DNA of 64,000 nt, taken from Gemmatimonadales bacterium (GTDB lineage Bacteria > Gemmatimonadota > Gemmatimonadetes > Gemmatimonadales > Gemmatimonadaceae). The position numbers were made by a program, and so were the translations under genes. Below, in pieces: positions 48,371 through 57,693 of the stretch; position 1 is the first letter of the stretch; each line of letters opens with the position of its first letter. The notes under the pieces were generated by a model. That model made no database searches. It was not told the origin of the DNA and saw nothing but the letters and a program-made list of their open reading frames with translations. The DNA lies in assembly GCA_038236775.1 (NCBI GenBank), contig JBBRZK010000013.1:148-64147 (forward strand), read 5' to 3'.

Positions 48371-48937
48371 GTGCCGGAGTTGGGTCTTGAAGGCATGGAG
48401 AGCTCGGATGCGGAGCTCGTCACGCGGGTGTTGCATGGCGATGTGAACGCATACGGCGCGCTGGTTTCGCGGTATCGGGACCGGTACGCCAGGTACGCGG
48501 TGCACATGCTGGGCAATCGGGAGGACGCGGAAGAGGCACTGCAGGACGCCTTCACGCGCGCCTACCGGTCGCTGTCGAGGTGTGAGGAGCCGGAGCGGTT
48601 CGGGGCCTGGCTGTTTCGCATTCTCGTCAACCGATGCCGGACGAGCGGGGCACGGCGCGTGCGTCGGAGTCAGACGTTCGTGCATGACGAAGGTGCGCTG
48701 CTGAATGCCTCGGAGGAGCATCCCGCCGAGCAGACCATGTGGCGCGAGGAGATCGAGCGCGCTGTTGGCGAGCTCAGCGCTGACCAACGGGAAGCGTTCC
48801 TCCTGAAGTACGTGGAAGAGCTGGGCTATGACGAAATGTCGGAGATCACCGGCGTCGGTGTCTCGGCGTTGAAAATGCGTGTCATGCGCGCCTGCGATCG
48901 GCTGCGCGTGTTACTGAAAGAGGTACACAGTGCCTGA
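48371..48937 (+). CDS. ECF-type RNA polymerase sigma-70 family factor
   Basis: 188 aa. Region 2 (YARYAVHMLGNREDAEEALQDAFTRAYRSL, FGAWLFRILVN) and region 4 (LGYDEMSEITGVGVSALKMRV). Confidence 0.85.
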   Translation: MPELGLEGMESSDAELVTRVLHGDVNAYGALVSRYRDRYARYAVHMLGNREDAEEALQDAFTRAYRSLSRCEEPERFGAWLFRILVNRCRTSGARRVRRSQTFVHDEGALLNASEEHPAEQTMWREEIERAVGELSADQREAFLLKYVEELGYDEMSEITGVGVSALKMRVMRACDRLRVLLKEVHSA

Positions 48938-49478
48938 GTGGGGACGGACCACACTGGAGATGATTGTCCAGGACCTGCAGCGACCCGTGCGGCTCGACGA
49001 GTCGTTCGAGCGGCGCGTCATGGTACGCGTGCGCCGACTGTATGCGGAGAAGCGCAAGCGCCGCAGCTGGGTCGCCATTGGCGCCAGCATCGCGCACCGC
49101 CCCGCCTGGGCTGCCGCGCTCGCGGCGGGAGTCGTCGCGATCGCGACGCTCGGTGTCGTTCGCGCGCGCCCTGCGAGCGAGCGGACCGTTGGTGTCGGCA
49201 GGCCGGAACCCGTCAAGTTCGTGCTCGTCGCCCCGTCCGCGCGCAGCGTTGCTGTCGTCGGCGACTTCAACAATTGGGGGCTCGACGATTCCGCGCTGGT
49301 CGCAACCAGCAATCAGGGTGTGTGGAGCGTCACAGCTGCCGTGCCCGTGGGCGTGCACCGTTATGCCTTCGTCGTGAACGGCAAGCAGTGGATGGCCGAT
49401 CCAACCGCGCCGCGGTCGTCGGGAGACGATTTCGGCCTGCCCAGTAGTGCGCTGGTCGTGGAGGACAGCACCAAGTGA
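48930..49478 (+). CDS. putative anti-sigma factor with a C-terminal CBM48/AMPK1-type (isoamylase N-terminal-like) domain
   Basis: Overlaps the sigma gene stop by 8 nt. Has a single TM segment (VAIGASIAHRPAWAAALAAGVVAIATLGVV). C-terminus: VKFVLVAPSARSVAVVGDFNNWG...GVWSVTAAVPVGVHRYAFVVNG. Confidence 0.65.
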   Translation: MPEWGRTTLEMIVQDLQRPVRLDESFERRVMVRVRRLYAEKRKRRSWVAIGASIAHRPAWAAALAAGVVAIATLGVVRARPASERTVGVGRPEPVKFVLVAPSARSVAVVGDFNNWGLDDSALVATSNQGVWSVTAAVPVGVHRYAFVVNGKQWMADPTAPRSSGDDFGLPSSALVVEDSTK

Positions 49479-50113
49479 TCAAAGGGACGTCTCGCAGTCT
49501 GATGATGGTCGTCGCACTCGCCAGCTCGGTCGCCTCGGCGGGCGCGCAGGATCCGCGCGTGCCGGCCAAGCTCGATTCGCCCTCGCAGGCCGCGATCAAG
49601 GCGATCGTGGATTCCGCCCGCGCGCAGGGTATTCCGGTGGAGCCGCTCTACCAGACGGTCGCCGAGGGCCAAGCCAAGGGCGCTGACGGACCGCGTATCG
49701 TGACGGCCGTGCGCAACCTCTCGCTCGAGATGGCGAGCGCGCACAAGGCCATGGGCACCGTCGCCACTGTGGACGAGCTCAAGGCCGCCGCGTCCGCAAT
49801 GCATGCCGGCGTGCCGGCCGTGGAGCTCGGCAAGTTGAAGAAGCAGAGCCGACTCCGCTCGCTCGCCACGCCGTTCACCGTGCTGGCCGATCTCGTGTCT
49901 CGTGGCGTGCCCGTGACCACGGCCGCGAACGCGATCCGCTCGCTCATGGGCGCCGGCGCGAAGGATCAGGACATCAACGACTTCCAGCGCAACGTGAAGG
50001 TCGACATCGAACAGGGCGCGCCACCTGCGGCAGCCGCGGAAACGCGTGCCAGGAGTACGCAGAAGCCCGACAAGTCCGAGAAGCCTGACCAGACGGACCA
50101 GGTGGACCGGTAA
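49475..50113 (+). CDS. secreted hypothetical protein (third gene of the sigma operon)
   Basis: 212 aa. Its GTG overlaps the preceding stop by 4 nt. Signal peptide MIKGTSRSLMMVVALASSVASAGAQ. Lys/Pro/Asp-rich tail. Confidence 0.55.
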   Translation: MIKGTSRSLMMVVALASSVASAGAQDPRVPAKLDSPSQAAIKAIVDSARAQGIPVEPLYQTVAEGQAKGADGPRIVTAVRNLSLEMASAHKAMGTVATVDELKAAASAMHAGVPAVELGKLKKQSRLRSLATPFTVLADLVSRGVPVTTAANAIRSLMGAGAKDQDINDFQRNVKVDIEQGAPPAAAAETRARSTQKPDKSEKPDQTDQVDR

Positions 50114-50307
50114 GGTCGACGGCACAGCACAGGCGGGCCGGCACTCCAGTGTCGGCCCGCTGGCATTTTGCGCATGCACGGGCATGGATTCGTTGCCCCG
50201 GGAGACCGCGCCGCCGCTCGGGTGGCACCATGACCACGCCCCACGCCTCCGTTACATTTCCACGCTTCGCACCAGTTGGCGTCGGTCGTCGTCGCTCCTG
50301 AGGATTC

Positions 50308-51243
50308 ATGCTTCGCAACACGCTGCTCTACCTCTCGAACCAGCCGCGCGTCTTCAAGTTCGTGCGCAACAACCGCCTCGCGAAGCACTTCGCCAGCCGC
50401 TTCGTGGCCGGCGAAACGGTGGAGGACGCGCTGGCCGCCGCGCGCGAGCTCAATGCGAAGGGCATCACGGTCTCCCTCGACCTGCTTGGCGAAAGCGTCT
50501 ACACGGAGAAGGAGGCGCGCGCTGCCCGCGACCACTACCTCGAACTCCTCGACCGGATCCAGGACGCGAAGCTCCAGGCCAACGTGTCGGTGAAGCTCAC
50601 CGCGATGGGCCTCGACATCGACAACGAACTGTGCATCGCGATCATGCAGGACATCCTCGGCCGCGCGCAGCAGTACGAAAGCTTCGTTCGGCTCGACATG
50701 GAGTCCAGCGCCTACACGGATGTCACGCTCGCCCTGTTCGAGGATCGGCTGCATCCGGCCTTCAAGGCCAACGTCGGCGTGGTGCTGCAGAGCTGCCTGT
50801 ACCGCACGTTCGCCGACGTCGAGCACATGAACGCACTCCAGGCGCGCGTGCGCATCTGCAAGGGCGCCTACAAGGAACCGCCGGCCGTCGCATACCCCGA
50901 CAAGAAGGACGTGGACGCGAACTACGTGAAGTGCATGCACGAGTTGATGCTCACGGGCAACTATCCCGGCATCGCCACGCACGATCCGGCCATCATCAAC
51001 GAAGCGAAGCGATGGGCGAAGGAGCAGGACATTCCCCTCGACCGCTTCGAGTTCCAGATGCTCTACGGCGTCCGGCGCGACCTGCAGGAGGCGCTCGTGC
51101 GGGAAGGGTATCGCGTGCGCTGCTACGTGCCCTTCGGCACCCAATGGTATCCATACCTCATGCGCCGCCTCGCGGAGCGCCCCGCGAACGTCGCCTTCAT
51201 CACCGGCAGCGTCATCAAGGAGGCGCTGCACGGCAACCGGTAG
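50308..51243 (+). CDS. proline dehydrogenase (monofunctional PutA-like)
   Basis: 311 aa. Motifs: RFVAGETVEDALAAARELNAKGITVSLDLLGE, VRICKGAY, ATHD, QMLYGV. Confidence 0.85.
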   Translation: MLRNTLLYLSNQPRVFKFVRNNRLAKHFASRFVAGETVEDALAAARELNAKGITVSLDLLGESVYTEKEARAARDHYLELLDRIQDAKLQANVSVKLTAMGLDIDNELCIAIMQDILGRAQQYESFVRLDMESSAYTDVTLALFEDRLHPAFKANVGVVLQSCLYRTFADVEHMNALQARVRICKGAYKEPPAVAYPDKKDVDANYVKCMHELMLTGNYPGIATHDPAIINEAKRWAKEQDIPLDRFEFQMLYGVRRDLQEALVREGYRVRCYVPFGTQWYPYLMRRLAERPANVAFITGSVIKEALHGNR

Positions 51244-51253
51244 CGGACGGCTC

Positions 51254-51664
51254 ATGCCCGGGCAGCATCTCCCCGCCGACCATTCGCGCGGCGACACCAA
51301 CACTATCGGCGGCTACGCAGCGGTGCACGGCCGGCCAGCCGCGTTCGAAGGCACCGACGGACTCTCGTACAGCGTCGAGATCGTCACGTCGCCCACGGGC
51401 GACGCGCGAAACATGTGGGCCGCCTACCTGCTCTTCGTGCAGTGGGGCCGTATCGGCGCCACCTCCCCGAGCGGGCACCTGGAGACCGACTACCTGGCCG
51501 AGGCGGACACCGAAGCCGATGCGCGTGCCGTTGTGGCCGCGCTCTCACTCGGTCAGGTGCGCGGCGTGCTGCACGCGCTCATCGCCGAGCGCGTCGGCGG
51601 AGCGCCGTCGCGCCGCTGGTTCGACGTGATGCACGACGAACCGGACGTCGGCGAGGACGCATGA
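51254..51664 (+). CDS. hypothetical protein
   Basis: 136 aa with very high GC3. Overlaps the rsgA start (ATGA). No family recognised. Confidence 0.5.
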   Translation: MPGQHLPADHSRGDTNTIGGYAAVHGRPAAFEGTDGLSYSVEIVTSPTGDARNMWAAYLLFVQWGRIGATSPSGHLETDYLAEADTEADARAVVAALSLGQVRGVLHALIAERVGGAPSRRWFDVMHDEPDVGEDA

Positions 51665-52656
51665 CGGAGCCGTCGCAGATCGAGGGGGTCGTGCTCAACG
51701 GAACCGGTGGCATCTGGCACGTCCGCCGCGATGACGGCACGACGGTCGAGGCGTCGCTCCGCGGGCGCGTGAAGAAGAGCAATTCCGGGAAGCGCGCGGA
51801 TGGGTCGCTGCGCCGCGATACCATCTCCGCCGCCGCGGAAACGCTCAAGCTCACCATCGGCGACCGCGTGGTGCTCGAACAGGACGACGCGCAGGGTCCG
51901 TGCGCGATCTCGGAGATCCTGCCGCGCCGCTCTCGGCTCGCCCGGCGGAATCCCGGCGGTGGCCACGGTGAGCGCATCGTCGCTGCCAACGTGGACCAGG
52001 TGGTCGTCGTGTTCGCCGCGGCCAATCCCGAGCCGCACCCGCGGATGCTGGACCGCTTCCTCGTGATCGCCGAGGCGAACGAGCTCGCGGCGCGCATCGT
52101 GATCAACAAGGTCGAGCTGGTGGGCGGCGTGGCGGCGGCACGGACGCGGTGGGTGGACTACGAGCGCGCCGGGTACACCATCCACTACACCAGCGTGAAG
52201 GAGCGCGAAGGCCTGGAGCCGCTGCATCAGGCGCTCGCCGGGATGGTCAGCGTGCTCACGGGGCCGTCCGGCGTCGGCAAGTCGTCGCTGCTCAACGCAA
52301 TGTTCGCCGGTCTCGACCTCCGCGTGGGAGAGATCAGCGAGTCGGTGAACAAGGGGCGGCACACGACCGTTGGTGGCTTCCTGCACCCGCTGCCGGGCGC
52401 CGACGGCGGCTACGTCGCCGACACGCCGGGCCTGCGCGAAGTCGGGATGTGGGCGCTGTCTCCCACGGAGCTCGACCAGTGCTTTCCGGAGCTGCGGCCA
52501 CTCCTCGATACCTGCCGCTTCGCGGACTGCCGGCACAGCGTGGAGCCGGGGTGCGCGGTGCGGGATGCCGTCGCACGCGGAGACGTGAGCACCGCCCGCT
52601 ACGAAAGCTTCATCAAGCTGCGCGAGGAGCTGGAAGGGGTGAAGCCGAGCCGTTGA
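51661..52656 (+). CDS. rsgA: ribosome small-subunit-dependent GTPase A
   Basis: In frame with ORF 51415..52656, starting at ATG 51661. OB-fold N-terminus, INKVEL, GPSGVGKSSLLN, and zinc motif CRFADCRHSVEPGCAV. Confidence 0.9.
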   Translation: MTEPSQIEGVVLNGTGGIWHVRRDDGTTVEASLRGRVKKSNSGKRADGSLRRDTISAAAETLKLTIGDRVVLEQDDAQGPCAISEILPRRSRLARRNPGGGHGERIVAANVDQVVVVFAAANPEPHPRMLDRFLVIAEANELAARIVINKVELVGGVAAARTRWVDYERAGYTIHYTSVKEREGLEPLHQALAGMVSVLTGPSGVGKSSLLNAMFAGLDLRVGEISESVNKGRHTTVGGFLHPLPGADGGYVADTPGLREVGMWALSPTELDQCFPELRPLLDTCRFADCRHSVEPGCAVRDAVARGDVSTARYESFIKLREELEGVKPSR

Positions 52657-52663
52657 TCGCGCG

Positions 52664-53437
52664 CTACCAGCTGCCGCGTTCCCCCGCCACCTCGATCACC
52701 TTCGCGATGCGATCGGCCGCGTGCCGCCAGTTGGCCTGCACCGCGTGCTGCGCCAAATCCGCCTCACCCGCGTCGATCGCATCGATGATCGCGTCGTGCT
52801 CGGCGACGGATGCCTTGATGTCGCTCGTGAGCATGCTGATGTACATGCGGATGTAGCGCTCCGCCTGCGGCTTCACGCTGTCGTGCATGGCAATCAGGCG
52901 CGGGCCGGCGCACGCATCCACGATCTTGCGGTGCAGGCGCTCGTCGACGTCGTAGAGCCGCCCATGATCGATGGGTGTGACGCGCCCCGTCCGGAAGAAT
53001 TCGGCATTGAGTGCCTTCATCTCCTTCGTCAACGTCCGGCGTTCGGGAACCGGAAGCCCGGCGGCCCATCGCGCGCCGAGTCCCTCGAGCTCACCCACGA
53101 TGTTGAGCAGCTCGTGCACGTCCGCCCGCGTCAATGGCGCGACAGTGAGCCGCGCCTGCTGTGCGCCGGGGGCGCCGACGACGAAGCCTTCCTGCTGCAG
53201 GCGCTGCAACGCCTCGCGCACCGGCGTCCTGCTGACTCCCAGGCGCGTCGCGACTTCCGTCTCCACCACCCGGCTGCCTGGCGCGAGCAGGCCCTGCACG
53301 ATCAGGTCGCGCAGGCGCTGGTACACCTGCTCCGGGCGCGAGCCGTGCGGCGCATCGGAGGCCGCGTCGCTGCCCACGGAACGCGCTCCCCGGGCAGGGG
53401 CAGGGCGTGGGCTGGAAGTGGTTCGGCGGGCGGGCAT
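52664..53437 (-). CDS. GntR-family (FadR/FCD-type) transcriptional regulator
   Basis: Lies within ORF 52664..53557, starting at Met 53437. HTH segment ETEVATRLGVSRTPVREALQRLQQEGFV plus a helical FCD-like C-domain. Confidence 0.85.
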   Translation of the reverse strand: MPARRTTSSPRPAPARGARSVGSDAASDAPHGSRPEQVYQRLRDLIVQGLLAPGSRVVETEVATRLGVSRTPVREALQRLQQEGFVVGAPGAQQARLTVAPLTRADVHELLNIVGELEGLGARWAAGLPVPERRTLTKEMKALNAEFFRTGRVTPIDHGRLYDVDERLHRKIVDACAGPRLIAMHDSVKPQAERYIRMYISMLTSDIKASVAEHDAIIDAIDAGEADLAQHAVQANWRHAADRIAKVIEVAGERGSW

Positions 53438-53555
53438 GTGCGGTGGGGTGAACGGACACGTGGAATATAGGGCAAGTGGCTTCACATCGCTCTTGCTCGC
53501 GCGTGCCGTACCGGCACCGGCTCGACACGGGCGATCCGCCGCCCCATCATTGCGC

Positions 53556-54350
53556 ATGACCGACTACCTGCACCTTCGCGTGGACACGACGCCGAACGGC
53601 GTCCGCACCATCGTCCTCGATCGCGCCGACCGACTCAACGCAGTGAACGACGCGCTCGCCTTCTCGGTGGGCGACGCACTCGCGGATGCCGCGGCGGACG
53701 ATGCGGTGCGTGTCGTCGTCATCACCGGGGCGGGCCGTGCATTCTGCGCGGGCCTCGATCTGGCCGAGCCGCCGGCGCTCCCGCAGGCGACGCGCGCCGA
53801 CCGCCTGGATCCGTACGCATGGGTAGGGACGTGGGTGCAGCGTGTGGTTGCCTGCGAGAAGCCGGTCATCGCGGCGGTGAACGGGCCCGCGGCAGGCGCC
53901 GGGTTCGGCCTCGCGCTCGCCTGCGACATCAGGATCATCGCGCAGTCGGCAAAGCTCACCGCCGGTTACGTCCGCCGCGGCCTGAGCCCGGACGCCGGCG
54001 TGAGCTACTTCCTGCCGCGTCACGTCGGCCTCGCGCGCGCGTCGGACATCCTGCTCAGTGGCCGCGACGTGGATGCGGCGGAAGCACTGCTGATCGGTCT
54101 CGCGACGCTGGTGGTACCCGACGACGAATTCGCGGGGGCGGTGGCCGGCTACGCGGCGCAACTGGCGCAGGGTCCGCCCATCGCCCAGGCGCTCACCAAG
54201 CGCCTGCTCGTGCAGAGCTTCGACAAGCCACTCGATTTCGCGCTGCGCGACGAGCTCACGCAGATCAAGGTCTGCTTCGCGACGCGGGACGTCGCCGAGG
54301 CGATCTCCGCGTTTCGTGAGAAGCGCGTTCCCGCCTTTCAGGGACGCTGA
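53556..54350 (+). CDS. enoyl-CoA hydratase/isomerase family protein
   Basis: In frame with ORF 52971..54350, starting at ATG 53556. Motifs: ITGAGRAFCAGLDL, AAVNGPAAGAGFGLALACD. Confidence 0.9.
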   Translation: MTDYLHLRVDTTPNGVRTIVLDRADRLNAVNDALAFSVGDALADAAADDAVRVVVITGAGRAFCAGLDLAEPPALPQATRADRLDPYAWVGTWVQRVVACEKPVIAAVNGPAAGAGFGLALACDIRIIAQSAKLTAGYVRRGLSPDAGVSYFLPRHVGLARASDILLSGRDVDAAEALLIGLATLVVPDDEFAGAVAGYAAQLAQGPPIAQALTKRLLVQSFDKPLDFALRDELTQIKVCFATRDVAEAISAFREKRVPAFQGR

Positions 54351-54356
54351 GCGGCG

Positions 54357-55280
54357 CTACGCCGCGGCCTGTTCTCCGGCCGGCACGACGACATCGCTGT
54401 CGCGCGCTGCGGTGATGATCGCCACGCCGGCGAGGATCACCGCGGCAGCGAGCATCGTGCGCATCGTGACGGGCTCATTCGCGATGGCCCAGCCGAGGAT
54501 CACGGCCACCACGGGGTTCACGTACGCGTAGGTCGCTGCCTTGGCCGCCGTGGTGTGGGCAAGCAGGTAGACGTATGCGGTGAACCCGATGAGGGAGCCG
54601 AACGTGACGAGATAGAGAAAGCCGAGCAGCGAGCGTGACGACGCGTGGGCAAGATCGAGTCGTGCCAGCTCGCCCGACACGAGACCGGCCGCGAGCAGGA
54701 GCGCTCCGCCGGCGACCATCTGTGTCGCGGCCCCATTGCCGCCGGAGCTCGCGCGCGGAGCATGCTTGGTGAAGAGCGAGCCGGCCGCCCAGCTCAGGGA
54801 CGCCAGCACGAGCACCATCGCGCCCACGACGTCGATCTCGCCGTGTGCGTGAAGTGCGTCATGTCCCACGAGGAGGGCGAGCCCTCCCAGCCCGAGCCCG
54901 AGTCCCGCGAACACGAGGCCGGGCGGGCGTCGTCCTCCCGGACGCAACCAGTCCAGCAGCACCATCCAGAGCGGCACGATCGCCACCAGCAACGCGGTCA
55001 GTCCTGACGGCACGCGCTGCTCGGCCCACACCACGCCGCCGTTGCCGCCGACGAGCAGCAGAAGGCCGCTCACGAACCCGGTACGCCAGTCGAGGCGCGT
55101 CGGGCCCGCGGACGGCGACCGGATGCGGCCCCAGGCCAGCAGGATCCCGCCGGCGATCGCGAAGCGTGCACCCGCCATGAGGAAGGGCGGCAACGTCTCG
55201 ACGGCGAACCGGATGGCCAGGTACGTCGAGCCCCAGATGATGTAAACGGCCGCAAATGCGGCGATCAGCCGACCACGCAT
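54357..55280 (-). CDS. EamA/DMT-family transporter
   Basis: 307 aa with 10 predicted hydrophobic helices. Starts IWGSTYLAIR, as in EamA domains. Confidence 0.85.
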   Translation of the reverse strand: MRGRLIAAFAAVYIIWGSTYLAIRFAVETLPPFLMAGARFAIAGGILLAWGRIRSPSAGPTRLDWRTGFVSGLLLLVGGNGGVVWAEQRVPSGLTALLVAIVPLWMVLLDWLRPGGRRPPGLVFAGLGLGLGGLALLVGHDALHAHGEIDVVGAMVLVLASLSWAAGSLFTKHAPRASSGGNGAATQMVAGGALLLAAGLVSGELARLDLAHASSRSLLGFLYLVTFGSLIGFTAYVYLLAHTTAAKAATYAYVNPVVAVILGWAIANEPVTMRTMLAAAVILAGVAIITAARDSDVVVPAGEQAAA

Positions 55281-55330
55281 CGAGCAAACATAGCGGGGCG
55301 GAGGAGGGGCGGGACGCGTAGACCGCCCAC

Positions 55331-55359
55331 TTGCATATTCGGTTCGATGAGTGTATAGT
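55331..55359 (+). promoter_or_regulatory. putative sigma70-like promoter (TTGCAT-N17-TATAGT) of the sigma/anti-sigma operon
   Basis: TTGCAT at 55331-55336 and TATAGT at 55354-55359, inside an AT-rich island about 30 nt upstream of ATG 55389. Confidence 0.45.
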
Positions 55360-55388
55360 TGTCATGTAAATTAAATGAGACCCACAAC

Positions 55389-56054
55389 ATGACTTCGGCC
55401 CTGCTCGCCGTGCCCACGCCCGTCGGAGATACCTCCGAGGCGCCGGGCGTGGCTCTCGACGTTTCCACGTCCGCCGCCCCCGCGGACACGTCGCGCGATG
55501 TCGCCTTCGAGCGCGATGCGCTCCCGTGGCTCGACGACGTGTATCGCTTTGCCCTTTCACTCACCCGCGACGAAGCCGATGCCGACGACGTGGTGCAGGA
55601 GACGTATCTCCGCGCCTATCGCTCCTGGCACACCTTCATTCCGGGTACGGAATGCCGGCGCTGGCTGTTCACGATCTGTCGCAACGTGTTCCTGCGGTCG
55701 CGCGAGCGGCAGCGCCCCACCGTCGACCTCGAGGACGGCGAGCAGGACGCCGTCGCCGCGGGTTCGGTGTACGCGGCCGCGCGGGAGCGTGGGTACGATC
55801 CACTCTATGCCGCGCTGGACCTGGCGCCGGCGCTGCGCAGCGCCCTCGACGAGCTGGCGGAACCATTCCGCTCCGCGGTGATTCTCGTTGACGTGGAAGA
55901 CATGACGTACGAGACCGCCGCACAGGTGATGGGGGTGCCGATCGGTACGGTCCGCTCGCGCCTGTTCCGCGGACGCCGCCTGCTGCAGGAAAAGCTCCTG
56001 ACCGTCGCGGAAGATCTCGGCTTCGCGACGGCGTCCGCCGGCGGTGCGCGATGA
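55389..56054 (+). CDS. ECF-type RNA polymerase sigma factor (SigR/SigH-like context)
   Basis: In frame with ORF 55359..56054; ATG 55389 is preferred because 55359 lies inside the -10 box. Region 2 (DADDVVQETYLRAYRSW, RRWLFTICRN) and region 4 (MTYETAAQVMGVPIGTVRSRLFRGR). Confidence 0.85.
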   Translation: MTSALLAVPTPVGDTSEAPGVALDVSTSAAPADTSRDVAFERDALPWLDDVYRFALSLTRDEADADDVVQETYLRAYRSWHTFIPGTECRRWLFTICRNVFLRSRERQRPTVDLEDGEQDAVAAGSVYAAARERGYDPLYAALDLAPALRSALDELAEPFRSAVILVDVEDMTYETAAQVMGVPIGTVRSRLFRGRRLLQEKLLTVAEDLGFATASAGGAR

Positions 56055-56356
56055 GCGCGCCGGCCCGGGCGCAGCTCGAAGGCATGGGGCTGTCCTCCAC
56101 ATGCGTGGACGTCCTGCGACATCTCTGGGAGTATCTCGACGAGGAGATGACGCCACGCGGCGCCGAGCGACTGCGCGCGCACATCGCGTCGTGCGCGCAG
56201 TGCCGGGAGTACGAGGGTTACCAGTCGTGTTTCCTCGACACGCTCGCGCGCCTGCGGGTCGAGATCGGCGCGCCGTCGGCCCTTCGGCAGCGACTGGCGG
56301 ACGAGCTCAAGGTGCGGGGATGCGGCTGCTGGGAGAAGGTGCGCCGCGAGAGCTGA
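56051..56356 (+). CDS. zinc-binding anti-sigma factor (ZAS, RsrA-like, cytoplasmic)
   Basis: 101 aa. Overlaps the sigma stop by 4 nt. HxxxCxxC motif (HIASCAQC) plus an upstream Cys. No TM segment. Confidence 0.75.
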   Translation: MSAPARAQLEGMGLSSTCVDVLRHLWEYLDEEMTPRGAERLRAHIASCAQCREYEGYQSCFLDTLARLRVEIGAPSALRQRLADELKVRGCGCWEKVRRES

Positions 56357-56374
56357 ATCGAGGCGCGTCGTAAG

Positions 56375-56827
56375 TCAGCCGGTGAACATTGGCTGGCGGA
56401 CGGCGTCGCCCGTGTCGCCATTCAGCGTGAGGCTGGTCTCCACCACGATGTCCGGCGCCAGCGACGCCGACACCGAGCAGTACTTCTCGAACGCGAGCTG
56501 GATGGCGCGCTCCGCGTGCACGCGCTCGATGCCGGGTCCGGTGACGTGATACGTCACGACCACGTGCTCGAAGCGGCGGGGCGGCTCTGCGCGCCGCTTC
56601 CAGGTGACGTCCACGGTGAGGGAGTTCGCCGGCGTGCGCCGCTTCGCGAGGATGTCCACCACGTCGATGGCCGAGCACGTCGCGAGGGCGCTGAGGAGCG
56701 CATCGGGAGGAGTCTGCGCGGTGACGCCGCGTCCGTCGATGCGCGCCGTGGGCCCGCCCACGCGTCCCGTGTCGAACTCGTGGCCGCCTGCCCAGACGAC
56801 GCGAACCGTCTCCATGGGCTGGTTCAT
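56375..56827 (-). CDS. OsmC-family protein
   Basis: The last 150 codons of ORF 56375..57394. Its ATG 56827 overlaps the rhodanese stop (ATGA). Motifs: [29 protein letters not shown]. Confidence 0.85.
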   Translation of the reverse strand: MNQPMETVRVVWAGGHEFDTGRVGGPTARIDGRGVTAQTPPDALLSALATCSAIDVVDILAKRRTPANSLTVDVTWKRRAEPPRRFEHVVVTYHVTGPGIERVHAERAIQLAFEKYCSVSASLAPDIVVETSLTLNGDTGDAVRQPMFTG

Positions 56828-57690
56828 CGTTCGATCGGGGCGCGTACTGCGTTTCCCCACTCGGTCCAGCTGCCATCGTAGTTCCGCACGCCGGGATAGC
56901 CGAGCAGGTACGTGAGCACGAACCACGTGTGCGACGACCGCTCGCCGATGCGGCAGTATGCCACGACATCGTCGCCCGGGGTCAGCCCGGCCTCTCCCTC
57001 GTAGATGGCCCGAAGTTCCTCCGCGCTCTTGAACGTGCCATCGCCGTTCGCCGCGCGCGCCCACGGGACGCTCCTGGCGCCCGGAATGTGGCCGCCGCGC
57101 ATGGCGCCTTCCTGCGGATAATCGGGCATGTGCAGCTTCTTCCCGGTGAACTCGTCCGGCGAGCGCACGTCGACGAGCTTCCCGTCCTTCGCCACGTGCT
57201 CGCGCACGTCGGGCATGAACGCGCGGATCGGGGCGTCGTTGCGCGCGGAGGCGACGTAGCGCGACGGCGGCACGGGCCGGACGTCCGTCGTCATCTCGCG
57301 GCCCTCGGCCTCCCACTTCGCGCGTCCGCCGTCGAGGATGCGCGCGGAGGCAAACCCGAAGAGCTGGAAGACCCACAGCGCATACGTCGCCCACCAGTTG
57401 TTCTTGTCGCCGTAGAACACCACGGTCGTGGACTCGTCAATGCCGAGGCGCCGCAGCAACCGCTCGAACTCCTCGCGCGACACGTAATCGCGCTGCACCT
57501 GGTCATTGAGGTCGAGGTGCCAGTCGATCTTCAGCGCACCAGGGATGTGCCCCATCTCGTAGAGCAGCACGTCCTCATCGCTCTCCAGGATGCGCACCGC
57601 CGGGTCCTCCAGGTGTGCCGCGAGCCAGTGCGTGTTCACGAGCGCATCCGGATGTGCATAGTGCTTTCCAGCGATGTCCTGGTCGGTCAT
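56824..57690 (-). CDS. thiosulfate/3-mercaptopyruvate sulfurtransferase (tandem rhodanese)
   Basis: 288 aa with two rhodanese domains. Active-site loop [12 protein letters not shown]. Confidence 0.9.
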   Translation of the reverse strand: MTDQDIAGKHYAHPDALVNTHWLAAHLEDPAVRILESDEDVLLYEMGHIPGALKIDWHLDLNDQVQRDYVSREEFERLLRRLGIDESTTVVFYGDKNNWWATYALWVFQLFGFASARILDGGRAKWEAEGREMTTDVRPVPPSRYVASARNDAPIRAFMPDVREHVAKDGKLVDVRSPDEFTGKKLHMPDYPQEGAMRGGHIPGARSVPWARAANGDGTFKSAEELRAIYEGEAGLTPGDDVVAYCRIGERSSHTWFVLTYLLGYPGVRNYDGSWTEWGNAVRAPIER

Positions 57691-57693
57691 GTG

